Below, piece after piece: positions 42,280-42,564 of a stretch of DNA of 42,564 bases. The notes below the pieces were generated by a model. The model saw nothing but the letters and a program-made list of their open reading frames with translations. It was not told the DNA's origin and did not search any database. Position numbers and translations under genes: made by a program. The stretch spans positions 1-42,564 of the IMG/VR virus record IMGVR_UViG_3300017700_000593. One strand, written 5' to 3'. How positions within the stretch are numbered: the first letter of the stretch is position 1; every line of letters begins with the position of its first letter. The DNA is from a virus. Its lineage: Duplodnaviria > Caudoviricetes.

Positions 42280-42564
42280 ATGGCTAGCCAGCGCCCGAAG
42301 GTGGGACACTTAGGCATGGCCGATAAAGACTTGGTGGTCCCAAACTTCCTCAAGCAGTGGCGAACCTATCGCGGACTGACCCAGGAGAAGCTGGGCGAGA
42401 TGGTCGACCTCACGTCGTCATCGATCTCCCAGATCGAGCACGGCAAGCAGTGGGTAAGCACCGAATCGTTCCTGGGCCTGTGCCGGGCGTTGGATTGCAC
42501 CCCGGCTGAGCTGCTGGCCCACGACCCCACCAGGCCGGATAGCTTCTGGCCGCTGTTTCAGACC
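42280..42564 (+). CDS. CI-like XRE-family HTH repressor, 5' part (continues across the origin to TAA at 208-210; alternative start 42316)
   Basis: Manual translation gives MADKDLVVPNFLKQWRTYRGLTQEKLGEMVDLTSSSISQIEHGKQWVSTESFLGLCRALDCTPAELL, an HTH_XRE pattern. It is divergent from the cro-like gene. Confidence 0.9.
   Translation, partial: MASQRPKVGHLGMADKDLVVPNFLKQWRTYRGLTQEKLGEMVDLTSSSISQIEHGKQWVSTESFLGLCRALDCTPAELLAHDPTRPDSFWPLFQT
42442..42564. repeat. Second copy of the 123-bp terminal overlap
   Basis: Identical to 1-123. Confidence 0.95.

Overview
The window appears to be a complete, circularly assembled genome (42,441 bp; bases 1-123 repeat at 42442-42564) of a GC-rich, podovirus-like temperate-type phage. 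GapR-, GcrA- and DnaA-domain-IV-like genes suggest an alphaproteobacterial host. A lambda-style cI/cro switch with mirror-image triple operators spans the origin. The plus-strand early arm (0.6-9.6 kb) carries a Rad52/Sak-like annealase, NinB, HNH genes and many small accessory genes. The minus-strand arm carries cro, regulators, a replication initiator, a TylF methyltransferase with a glycosyltransferase-like gene, terminase, portal, scaffold, capsid, adaptor and nozzle, ejection proteins, tailspike and a lysis cassette. I recognise no integrase, reverse transcriptase, HUH transposase, tRNA or CRISPR array. The most striking unexplained signal is a set of about 20 short hairpin elements in several sequence families at the borders of accessory genes. 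They always point outward from the gene: sense strand at 3' ends, antisense strand at 5' ends. Many use DNA-type GNA triloops with tandem G-A pairs, several show compensatory stem changes, and all end in G(C/A)(A/G)C or CAC followed by a variable C-rich tail. This looks like an undescribed gene-cassette or domain-shuffling architecture. All family assignments are by eye from motifs and synteny; no database search was run.
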